A stretch of DNA of 64,000 nucleotides from Phyllosticta citribraziliensis (Eukaryota). A program made the position numbers and the translations under genes. The notes beneath the pieces are model-generated. The model made no database searches. It was not told the origin of the DNA and saw only the letters and a list, made by a program, of their open reading frames with translations. The stretch spans positions 372,001 to 436,000 of the forward strand of contig NW_027117340.1 in assembly GCF_038025025.1 (NCBI RefSeq), read 5' to 3'. Every line of letters begins with the position of its first letter. The first letter of the stretch is position 1. Shown here piece after piece: positions 34,539 through 45,278 of the stretch.

Positions 34539-36747
34539 ATGCCCGTCTCGCATATTGGTCTCACAGTCTCCCATCTTCCTACGTCGTGTTCCTTCTTTTT
34601 GGCTGCTCTCCAGCCTCTCGGCTACCGCTTCCTCGGTCAGCAAGGAAATCAAATTGGTCTCGGAATCAACAATGAGGCCGACTTTTTCATCTGTCAGGAG
34701 ACGCCTGGGTAAGCCTCACCTCGCGGCATGCACTGCAGACTGCTTACATGTCACAAGTATAAAAGCCGGCGCCGCCCATATCGCCTTCTCGGCACCAGAC
34801 CGCATCGCCGTCCGTGATTTCTACACGGCAGCTTTGACTGCCGGGGGTCGTCCTCACGGGTCCCCGGCCACGCGAGACCAGGAGAATGGCGTCTTCAATG
34901 CCGCCGTCCTGGACGTTGACGGCAATAGCATCGAAGTGGTCTTTCGCGAGAGCGTAGATCCCAGGGATGACACGCAATCGGCCGTAGGCGGACAGAGCCG
35001 AGTGCTGACATGGCGAAAGTCTGTCAGCGAAAGCCTCGGGGACGGACAATCGGTCGTGAGTGCCAAATCGGCATCTAAGACGGCCATGGTGCCCTTTAAA
35101 CAGATGGCGCAGAGCGTCGTCTCTTCTGCCCGCTCGCAGTCCATAGCAGCACCCTCTGTTGCTCCCTCTCAATCCATCAGCCAAGCTCCCACTATGATAC
35201 GTACGAGCTCGGCTCCTGCACAGCCGCAAGCTCCGACTCATGCCTCGAAAGAGCTGAATCCGGAGCTGATGGCTGATGCCGGAGCGCGGAAAATCATTGG
35301 CACGTTGATCGGCGCTGCTGCTGGAGCAGCGGTAGCGTATGCCATGGTCAAGAGCGAGCGTGACAGTGCTCGCGAGGAATCAGACTGGGTGGCTTCTCAA
35401 AGAGCTGCCTCGTCCAGACCACCGTCCGCCAAAGCCCCCAGCCCCCAGCCGCAACAACCGGTCCAATACACGTACACGGCGTCCGAGGTTCAACGCATGG
35501 TGCAGTACGAACAACCGCAGAGCCGCCGCAACTACAGCGAGACGGATTCTTTCTACAGTCATCCACATCAGCAACGAGCGATCGAAGCTCCACCAGCCAG
35601 GAGCGCACACGCGCCGACTCTTGTCTCGGCCCTGCAAGCCGGCAACACGTCTGTCCGCCAACAGCAGTCTCCCCACCGCAACTTCAGTGAAACCGAGTCC
35701 CGCTACAGCACGCCAGACAGCAGAGAGCGGTATGCACGCGCCGCGCTCGAAGCCGCCCCCGTGTCGGCAAAGGCCTACCTCAACCCTACGTGTCAGTCTG
35801 TAGCGCAGTCGTCGCCGCACGACGAAGCCGTCGACTACATCCCCGCCGGCAGCGCAGTCGCCAAAAGCCACTTCTCCATCAACCGGTCCGTCACGGCGCC
35901 CAGCATCGTATCACAGACGAAGAAAAGCGCGGCGCCGTCGGCCGTTGCCTCAAAACCTCCCTCTTCCCATGCCCCCTCGAAAGCCCCCTCAAAATCCCCT
36001 TCCAAGCTGGTCGCCGACGACGCCGCAAGCACCGCCCGCCGCAGCTCCGCACCCTCCACACACTCGCACTCCAGCAAACAGGCTCCTGACGCAGACCGCC
36101 GCAGCTCCGCCGGCGGCAGCAAGCACGCGTCGCGCGCCGCAACGCTCATCTCGTCCTTCGTGCCAGACTATGCGGACGCGGCGTCGCCCTCGCGGCGATC
36201 GAGCACCGGCGGCTCCAAAGCGTCGACGGCCAAGCCGAGCGCTACAGGAGGCGCAGGCGCAGAGCGAGCGCCGAGTCTGCTGGGCAGCGCGCTGGGCCGG
36301 GCGGCGGCGGCGGCAGAGGCGGCGGCAGAGCGCGCCGGTGAGTCTGACAACGACACCGTGGCGCCGAGCGACAGCATCAGCAACGCGGGGTCGTCGCCGT
36401 CGTCGAGGCGGTCGCGGACGGGCGGTGGCGGGAGCAAGGTGTCGCGGCACTCGTCGCGGCACTCACACCATTCGCATTCGCACTCGCGGCGCGGGAGCAG
36501 AGACGCGGGGGCGTCGTCTGCGTCGACGAAAGACAAGGACAAAGACAGGAGGTCCAGCGCCGGCAGTCGCAAGAGCTCGCGCGCCGGCGTGAGCGAAGAC
36601 GCTGCGGCCGTCCAGCCCGATGCCGTCAGTGAGGCGAGCACGGTCAAGCCGCGGTCGGTCAGGAAGGACAGCGTTGTCAGCGTGTCGTCGGCGAAGAGCT
36701 CGCCGTCGAAGGCTGGGTCGAAAAGAGGAAGCAAAGTTGAGGCGTGA
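34539..36747 (+). CDS. Glyoxalase/VOC-domain protein with a long Ser/Ala/Arg-rich low-complexity C-terminus; intron 34709-34757
   Basis: MPVSHIGLTVSHLPTSCSFFLAALQPLGY, AHIAFSAP, FYTAALTAGG, NAAVLDVDGNSIEVV are VOC motifs; the frame stays open for ~600 further residues. Confidence 0.85.
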
Positions 36748-37186
36748 GGGAGGCACTCGATCAAGGGGGTAGGGGAGACAGACTTTGATGAGATTTGAGG
36801 GTCATGGCAAGCGGAAGCGTCTAGCGGAGGAGGCTTTCTGTTTCTGCAGGCCGCTTTTGCGCTGGGATAGACGTTTGCTGAAAGTGGAAGATCTTTTGCG
36901 TCCAACAGTCCTCTTGCCAACACCGTTCTTGACCTGTCCATCTAATCGACGCTTGTTCTCAGATCTTTGTTTACTTCGCGCTTGTCTGTAGAAAACTGGA
37001 CCTTCACTGGATCGTCGTTTAGACAGCTTACAATCCACTGGCAGCGTTTATCAGCTCTCGACGTGCACACCATGTCCTCATCCCCCCATCAATCCCTCTT
37101 CTCCTCACACATCCTCCCTAACGACCCAAGCCAAGTCAAGCCACCAAATTCAACCCTCAACACCCCCCATCTCCCCCGTCCATCCA

Positions 37187-37816
37187 TCAAAGCCACGCCA
37201 ACAAAGCCGCAACACCAGCAACAACGCCAGCAACGACGGCAGCAAGGGCCGGAACGACGGCAACGAACAAAGCAACGCCATACCCTCCCATAGCCGCGCT
37301 CTGCAAGACAGCGAAGACGCTTCCAGCCGCGACAGAGCCGATGGCCGCCTGCGTGCCAGCGGCCCACGAACCTTCGAGACGTCAGTCAGTCAGATCAGTC
37401 AGATGGCCAACAACCCGTCCTCCCGCACGACCAAAAAAAAAAAAACGAAAACAGAGAATCTCGACGCCTTGCCTAGGTGACTGAGGTGACTTACCAGCGA
37501 CAGGCCCCACAGCCGCAAAGCCCGCAGCACCAAGGACAGACCCGTAGGCGAGGGGTACGACGACAGCGACGACGCCGCACGCGACGAGCAGCGCGGTGAG
37601 GTACGGGTGCGCCTTGATCCAGGCCAAAGTGGCGCGCAGCTGGTCGGTGATGCGGATTCTGGTGGTGCGGAGGAGCCGGTCCCAGTCCGTGGTTTGCAGC
37701 CGGCACTTGATGGTGCGGGCGGCGCGTTTGATCGTGGTGGCGACGCGCTTGCTGCCGGAGCCGATGCTTCTGATTGCTTTGTGGAGCGTGGCGCCTAGGC
37801 GGTCGGAGAAAGGCAT
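37187..37816 (-). CDS. Small hydrophobic IFI6/IFI27 (ISG12 motif)-like membrane protein; intron 37372-37494
   Basis: Splicing GTAAGT..CTGAC..AAG joins GAAGFAAVGPVAG to SWAAGTQAAIGSVAAGSVFAVLQSAAMGGYG, matching the ISG12/FAM14 pattern (GF...G..AGS.AA..Q......AGS..A.LQS.G); hydrophobic segments on both sides; stop TGA at 37187-37189. Confidence 0.75.
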
Positions 37817-38442
37817 GGTGGGTGGATGGATGCGCGTGGAAGCGGTGAGGTGGGTTTGGGGGTTGGATAGGTTTGCAGTGTGGGAGAGGGATTGAGGTGG
37901 ATGTGTTTTTGAAGTCAGTGTCCATCCAGGCTGTCCTTCGTGTTGGCGCTAATCATCAGTGTTATGAGGTGAATGGCCGGCCGATTGATTCATTCACCAA
38001 GTTGGGGCTTCTCCGGATCATTGACAGGCTTCTAGTCACATGCATAATTCAACCCCGGAGGAGGACTGGTGGTTTTGGCGAAGGATGGGCTGTATTCATG
38101 TTGTCTTTTCTAGTCAAACCCCTCCCCTTTCGGTCGTCCCATTTTCCCGTCCAGTACTTTTCAGTCGTCATTTCTTTGTGATGCTCAAGTCTTCGCTTAG
38201 AGAAACTCCAAGTATACAGGGGGTCAATTGTCTCGCTCTTCAGTGTGCCGTGTACTATGTGTCCGCCCCTGGACCTCCTGTTTGCTCAGAACACGGAATA
38301 CAGTGAAACAACCCTGTTCTTCAATGGAACGTTCTCCAGCAGCCAGCAGGGCTGCGCGGTTGACGACTCAGCGGCTTATCTTAGTGTCGCATGCGCCGGG
38401 CGGAATCTCCTTCTTTTGAAATCCACAAGTCGTCGCTGAGAC

Positions 38443-39132
38443 TTACTTCGACTCTGGCGGAGGCCGAGGTCCCCACAGTCGCGCTCCGCTCTCAGGACCC
38501 TTGGCTATCTTCTCGTCCATCCTTCGGCGGGCGACCTTCTTCTCCTGGATCTCCTGCACGCGAGCCTCCAAGGCTTCGGCGGTCTCGCCGTCTCCAATGC
38601 AGCTGCATTGGCGCAGCTTCTCGAGGACTCTGCTCCATCTCCTGCTCGGTTTTGTCTTCAACAATGCAGCGCACGACTCCCCTGCTTTTCTCCAGGTTAA
38701 ATTGGCCAAATGCGTCGCGCGCTCCTTCTTCGATCTCGAGAAGTGGCTGAACGGCGATCCGGACCGCTGGTGGTGGTTTACGCGGAGAGACCAGTTGGTG
38801 CGTTTCTTTCGGGTAAGCAAGGGTCGCGCGTAGTCGACATGGCCACCCAGGACCGGCAGGGATGGAAAACACGGTTTGGCATTTGAGGCTTTGGTCTTCC
38901 AAGACGACGAGCGGCTGCGGCTGGCGACTTTGTTGTACCGACTGAAACCCTTTCCACTGCTTCCCTTATTGCCTATCGACTTGCTCCGGCCGCGTTTGAA
39001 AGGAGTCTGCTTCTTCAACGCATCGTATTTGCCGCGCATGTGAGTCAGGTGTCGCTTCAGGAGATTGGGGATCTTGGAGGTGTAGGCTCGCCCGGCCTTC
39101 GTGGTGGTCGTCTTCCGCTTTCTGACGCTCAT
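38443..39132 (-). CDS. Orphan basic (Lys/Arg-rich) protein, structure uncertain
   Basis: 229-aa ORF preceded by a clean 5'-UTR intron 39150-39210 (GTGAGT..CTGAC..CAG); its stop overlaps a GTAAGT donor, so further exons are possible. No family recognised. Confidence 0.35.
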   Translation of the reverse strand: MSVRKRKTTTTKAGRAYTSKIPNLLKRHLTHMRGKYDALKKQTPFKRGRSKSIGNKGSSGKGFSRYNKVASRSRSSSWKTKASNAKPCFPSLPVLGGHVDYARPLLTRKKRTNWSLRVNHHQRSGSPFSHFSRSKKERATHLANLTWRKAGESCAALLKTKPSRRWSRVLEKLRQCSCIGDGETAEALEARVQEIQEKKVARRRMDEKIAKGPESGARLWGPRPPPESK

Positions 39133-40502
39133 TCTGGCAGATGCGGTTTCTGTCTTCCATGGTCGTCAGTTGAGAACATGGCCTCGCTTTACTGATTTGA
39201 CTTTACTCACAGGTTTGATGGCTTATTTAACACTTCCACAGTATCCGACACAAGGAACAAGGCAATAGGCCAAAGAGATAGAGATGATAGCGCAGAATGC
39301 TCGACCTCAGCACGCCTAGGCTGTTGGGATTTTGCTAAGACAGCGTAGGTTTGCTCGTATTGTGGGTTGACTCGTAGGACGTGGTGGTAGAATGAAAATG
39401 GAGAGTTGACCAAGAAGACAAGTGCTGATGATGACAACAGGTCCTCTTTGACACGAGAACGTATGGATTGGGGCGGCAGAAGTGCTCTGGTGCGAGGATG
39501 GATGGATACATCGTCAATAGCGCTCGGACGCGTGCCAGGTGACTGATCGCGCAATCGGTCGGCCGCCAACCTTCGCGGTCAACTTTGCCTCGAGCGTCGC
39601 GTGGCGAGACTTCAAATGAGCAATATCGAGCAAGGAGCAAAATGAATTTATACAAAGGTGTGTTTACGAAAGTTGAGATAGTCCATTCCCAACACGACCC
39701 CTGGGACGCGGGTTTCCGTGCAGACACTGACTTTTTAAACAGGAAGGTTCTCCTGTCTAGTTGTTTTGCCGAGCCAACAGAAACTTTGAACATGTTGCCA
39801 TCATCAACCCTTTGAGAGAATGGCTCAGCTTGAGCAGACAACTTTGATTGAGAAACTTGGAACTTACGCTGCGGTGATGAGTTTGCGGTAATTCTCGTCG
39901 AAGCGACGGAACCTCTTGGTGGACGTGTGTGTGCTGGTCCTACAGTATACTGTACTATGCTATACTTTGATTTCTTGCAAGAGTATCTCACTGGCTGTCC
40001 CGTCACTACTCGCGCAATTTAGTGAGACATCCTCTTGACACAGACCCTTGTGAAGGTGTGAGACAGAATATCTGACGCTTCCCTGTGTCTAGCTATTCCG
40101 ACACTGTTTGTAGACAATGCTTTGTCGACTCTACCAGCCGTGCTCACTCAGCCACGAAGGCCTTCAGCCCACCTTGTCCTTATATATGAAGCGGTGCGGA
40201 TTTTCTCAAGTAGTTCCTCAATTCAATTAAACCACGATCATCCAAACCCCATCTTCGAGTCGTTGAACGACTTGCTATTCAATTCGCGGAGTTCCCCTTC
40301 AGTCGTTAATCGACGCTTTGCCCTTCAATTAGCCTTTCTTGACGCCGCCAGACTTTTGCATTCTTGCCTTTTGCCACCAAAGCGACTCTGTTCCCAGACG
40401 TCAAATTCCTGACAATAGTCCCCTCCGATCGCCAACAACTCTAGTGTACCAGCTTGCAACCCCTGTTTTCAGGAGTGACCCCTGATTCAGCTCCGCAACA
40501 AA

Positions 40503-41403
40503 ATGACGCTCAATCTCTCCAACCTAAACAGAAGCTTCACAGAGCAGTACTATATCAATATGGGCCAACAAATTGGCAATGGTGCCGATGGCAGAGTCTA
40601 TTGCGTAAGGGAAGAAGGTTCGGGATGGTTCTACGCGGCCAAAGTCTTGAGGAGGAACCGCCGAGGCATTACTCCGCATGAAGTCCACATCAACAGCATA
40701 ATATTCTCCGGATCTTTCGTCAACGACCACATTGTGCAATATGAGTGCTGGTTCGAGGCATCAGGCCCGCGCCAGCGACCAGTGATACTCTTTGAGCACT
40801 GCGAGATGGGCACCTTGCAAGAATTCATGACCAGAGAGTACGGATATAATTTCCAAGTCAACAACGCCCCGCCGGAAGACATGATACGCACCTTCTTTTT
40901 ACAGCTACTAAGCGCGCTTTTGTTCTTGCACGAGCCAGGGCCTGATGCAAACCGTGGCCCCATCGTGCATCGAGACATCAAACCGAGCAATATCCTGCTC
41001 GTCGAAGGGAACGACAGCTCAGGGTGGCCATGTGTCAAACTGTGCGATTTTGGCGGCGCGCTCGAGATTGACAGTTGGAGTTGCAATGTGGAAAACGCGC
41101 AACGTCCTTCGGACCCCGCTGTCTTCACGCGGAATTACGCAGCGTCAGAAATTCCGTGGCCAATCTCGACAACTACACTCACTCATGTACGCAGCTCATC
41201 CGTCGTTTGACGTGTATGGCGTCGGGGCGTCGATTTATTTCGCCATTTGCAGGAGACCACCGCCGAGAGATTCGCGGTCCGTCGCGCCAGGGGGGAATGC
41301 CTCAAGGTTTTACTCGGAAGAATTGTGGCGCGTATTGAGGGGTGCTCTGATGAGAACTCCAGATTGCAGATGGGAAGTAGAGACCTTGTTAGATGATTTA
41401 TAA
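40503..41403 (+). pseudogene. Ser/Thr protein kinase with an apparent +1 frameshift at ~41149-41151 (pseudogene or sequence error)
   Basis: Frame 1 has IGNGADGRVY, YAAKVL, HRDIKPSNILL, KLCDFG, YAASE; subdomains IX-XI (FDVYGVGASIY...RTPDCRW) are in another frame. Removing one A from GAAATTC joins them; nearby GT donors are in the wrong phase for an intron. Confidence 0.7.
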
Positions 41404-42786
41404 CTCAACGAGCGTCTGGTCCTTGAGGACGTTTCGGGAAGTTTCTAGAACCTGACCATTTTAACTAAACACGCGGAATTTGTCCTTCAGAGAATCTCCA
41501 AGTAACAAGGCGAGAGTCGAATGTGACTGGCTTGGCACTCACTGAATTTGGGACTCCAAAAGGAGCCAACTCTTTCCAAACTTTCCTCGCCATGGCTGGA
41601 GTCTGGCGGATTTTTGTTTCCTGTTCGGCTGCGGTTTCGGTGGCTATCCGTCAGCACAACTCAGTCACCTCCCTAAATCCTTATTTTCCGCGTAATTTTG
41701 ACCTCTAGTCGCTCCCACACTGATAGACTTGATCCTTCACTTCCCTTGTATTTATGATAGCTTTCCATCTCAATGGTGGCTTACCCTGACTAGCATTTTA
41801 TACACCCTGGTCTCTTTACCCATCACTTTACCAGAGCCTAGCTTTCAAAAGACTCATTAATCTGTTAAAAGCCCGATAAAAGCTGCTATTGTTCCCAAGA
41901 TCCACCGCCATATACGGCACAAAATAGAACTACAAAGAGGCTTTGTTTGAGAAGCTTAACGTTCCTGCCCGCTTTGGGGCAAAGTCGTACTATGAAAATC
42001 TACACGGTGCTGCTGCTCTCGCCATACATCAGACATTGGTGGGGACAATCTGTGTTAGATAAAAAGTGTCAGCCTCCTGTCATGCTTATTGAAGGTTTTG
42101 TAAATTGAGTGGTTGCACTGTGAGTATCTCTGGGCTACTTTTGAGTACCCACCGAAGACCGCAAAACAGCCCCTTTTGCACCCCTTGAGTCGGATGAAAG
42201 GCTAAGCTCTCGACGCTCCTCAACAATATGAATTTCCCAGTCCTTCCTCTTGACGAACAGCACAGTTCACTTGACGCTATATTCTACAGCTGAGCAAGAA
42301 CCACTCCACGATGAAGGTCTACGGAGCTTCCGATCAACTAACTGACAGCTCGACAGCTTGTATCGATAGTATCTTTCATTTGGGCTGACTTGAGAATCCT
42401 TCATTTGACATGTCGGGGAGCCGAGGGAGTCACTGCGGCGCCTCGATTAATAGTTACCACGCAGACACACTACAGCAGCCAATCCGTGCTGGTTGCCGCT
42501 GTTGGATACAGGCAAGGTGGTGCCATAGGTGTCGGCTGAGATGCGGTGATTGAAATGTCTCCTAATAGCCTCCCCCTAAACCCCTTCTTTTCTCTCATCC
42601 CATCACCACACCATTGCAAATGGTTTTACATGTTCTCGATTAATAGTTCTAGATGTTATCTCCGCATCTCAGTGCTTTCCAAAGCGAAATGCTTCAAGCG
42701 CCCCCAAAAGTCTCCCTGGAGCACCCCTTAACCCCTAACATTTGCAATTATATGTTATTTTAGCCATAAATCATGTCATCAAGCAA

Positions 42787-42894
42787 GCGGGGTTGGTGTA
42801 GTTGGTCATCACGTCAGTCTAACAGAGCATTCCGGAGCAATTCGGACTGTCTGAAGAGCACTGAAGGTCGCGAGTTCAAGTCTCGCATCCCGTA
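42787..42894 (+). tRNA. tRNA-Val: tRNA-Val(AAC) with a 34-nt intron (42825-42858)
   Basis: Acceptor stem GCGGGGT/ATCCCGT+A; A box TGGTGTAGTTGG; anticodon arm TCAGT-CT-AAC-A^C-ACTGA; T arm GCGAG-TTCAAGT-CTCGC; T-runs immediately downstream (Pol III terminator). Confidence 0.93.
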
Positions 42895-43664
42895 TCCTTT
42901 TGCTTTTGCTCCCAGGGCGCACACGGTGTGCTGTGCTGACTTTTTTTGCACTCCGGGAGACAGGGCGAGGAAATCTTGCCGAGCGGTGGGGCGGGAGGCC
43001 TTTTGTGGAGCTTGCTGGGCCTGTGCATTGATCAAAGAGCTGATACAGGGGTTGGTAGTCAAGGGTCATGAAATCTTTTTGTGTGGAGGGATCCCATTCT
43101 CCGGGAGTCCCATAGTAGGTAGCGGACATTCTGCAGCTCGGCTTGAGTGTTTTTGAACGACTTTGGTATTATGTTCCCCTTTCTATGCTGACATGGTCGA
43201 CAACTGATTTTCCTCGTACTCTATTCTGACTGACCTGCGAAAGACACCAAGATATCCTCAGTCGCCAAAAGAAACTTGAGGATCTTGAAACGAAGAACAT
43301 TATGAATGGATGGAAGGGGAAAGGAGTTCCCGGGACAGGGGGCGCATCGGAAGCATAGTGGCGCTCGGCATGCCGAAGCGCAGAGCCAGCCACCCATCGG
43401 GCCGAGATTGCTAGTACTCGGGAAGCCAAAAGACCACCGAAGGCGGAGACATGGCAGTCAATATGAAATGGTAGGCAATTGAGTTGAATTTTGATTGATT
43501 GACTCCGTCATACTTCACAGTTTATTCCAACCCACAGCGCGTCGGTGACTGGTGTCGCTCAGCAGATTGACAGGGATCTTCGAAAGCTCGGCAGACGTCC
43601 GACCATCGTCATTCGAGATTGACGACACCACACAACGCAACTCCAACACCCAACGTCCACCACA

Positions 43665-45278
43665 ATGCAGCCCCGAAGTGCGCACTGGATCTGCCAATCT
43701 TGCCGCCGCACGAATGCCCTTAGATTACCGCTCGCCCGCCGACGAACTTACGCCACCGCCGCCACGAGCTCGACCACCGCCACACCCGAGATATACGATG
43801 TTGTATGTGTAGGTGGAGGTCCAGCAGGCCTGAGCCTGCTCTCTGGACTGCGTAGGACTACAACCATTCGATTAGTCGTGGGCAAGAGCTGGAAAGCTAA
43901 TGCGACGCAGGGTCTTCGCCCGTCACCGCAGGTCTCAAGATGGCCTTGATCGAAGGCCAGGATTTGGACAAGGGAATGCTGCGGAATCTGTCGCCAACGA
44001 CCTTTGCGAATCGATGTAGCTCATTGACGCCGGCGTCGGTCGAGAACCTCAAAGGTAGCAAATCCCTCAGAGTGGAAACCATTGGAGCAAAAAGCTAAGG
44101 GAGAGATAGACATCGGCGCATGGCAGCACATTGACCACGGCCGCGTACAGCCATACCAAGAGATGCAAGTCTGGGATGGCGTCAGTGATGCCCGCATATC
44201 CTTCGATTGGCCCTCGACAGACACGTTCCTCACGCCTCGACGTCCCACCGACCCTACCACAATCGCCTACATGATTGAGAATGCGAACCTCACAACTGGC
44301 CTTCTTACGCGTCTCAACAATCTCGGTGGCGTCGATACCTTCTCCCCTACTCGTGTCGAGTCTATCGACCTTGGTCCTGAAGAGCCCTTGAACAGTTCAA
44401 GTCCTGACCTCCGCTCCTGGCCTCACATAACACTTTCAAACGGCCGGACCCTTACCGCGCGCCTACTCATCGGCGCTGACGGCGCAAACTCTCCCGTCAG
44501 GACATTTGCTGGCATAACCTCGCGTGGATGGGACTATGAGCGACATGGTGTTGTGGCCACGCTGCGCCTGTCAGGCGACATGCCTCAGATGCGGACCGCG
44601 TACCAGCGATTCCTGCCGTCTGGTCCTGTGGCCATGCTCCCACTGCCTGGCAACATGGCCACGCTCGTCTGGTCAACACACCCAGCTCGCGCGGCATTGC
44701 TTCGCAGTCTTGCTCCTAACGACCAAGCCGCCCTTATCGACGCAGCGTTCCGCCTCTGCGTCGCCGACCTTGACTACCTGCACACCATGACCTCCGGCCA
44801 GGACGATGAGGTCGCCTGGCGTCTCCAACACAGCACCTACGATCAAGCACGCGTGCCGGGTCGCGTTGCCGCTGTGCAGCCCAACTCTGTCGCAGCATTT
44901 CCCCTCCGCATGCGCCACGCCGACGCCTACTCGGGCCACCGCGTGGCTCTCGTCGGCGACGCTGCGCACACGATACACCCGCTCGCCGGACAGGGCCTTA
45001 ATCAGGGCCAGGCCGATGCAGCGGCGCTTGTGCGCACCATCTCCCATGCGGTCGCGGCAGGCGATGACATCGGAAGCACGATTGCGTTGGAGAGCTACGA
45101 CGCCGCAAGGTGGCAAGCGAACAACGCGCTCCTGGGTGCGTGTGACAAGCTTCACAAGCTGTACAGTGTGGGATGGGGTCCGATTGTCGGCTTGAGGAGC
45201 TTGGGTCTGAAGGCTGCGGACAGCGTCGGAGCGGCAAAGGGGTTGTTCATGGGAATCGCGGCTTCTAACGGACGGTGA
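43665..45278 (+). CDS. COQ6: Ubiquinone biosynthesis FAD monooxygenase; introns 43852-43910, 44055-44109
   Basis: Arg-rich mitochondrial presequence, YDVVCVGGGPAG, NRCSSLTP, LLIGADGANSPVR, AYQRFLPSGPVAMLPL, ALVGDAAHTIHPLAGQGLNQG, DKLHKLYS. Confidence 0.95.

Noticed and set aside
39427..39546. ATGATGA...CTGA pair suggesting a C/D snoRNA
   Set aside because: No recognisable guide or terminal stem; the local splice signals are on the opposite strand.
42721..42740. Telomere-like CCCCTTAACCCCTAAC upstream of the tRNA
   Set aside because: Only two imperfect units that do not match (CCCTAA)n; insufficient for an interstitial telomere or telomerase template.
41400..42780. Transposon remnant in the AT-richer stretch
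   Set aside because: No terminal repeats, target-site duplication or transposase/RT motifs could be seen by eye.
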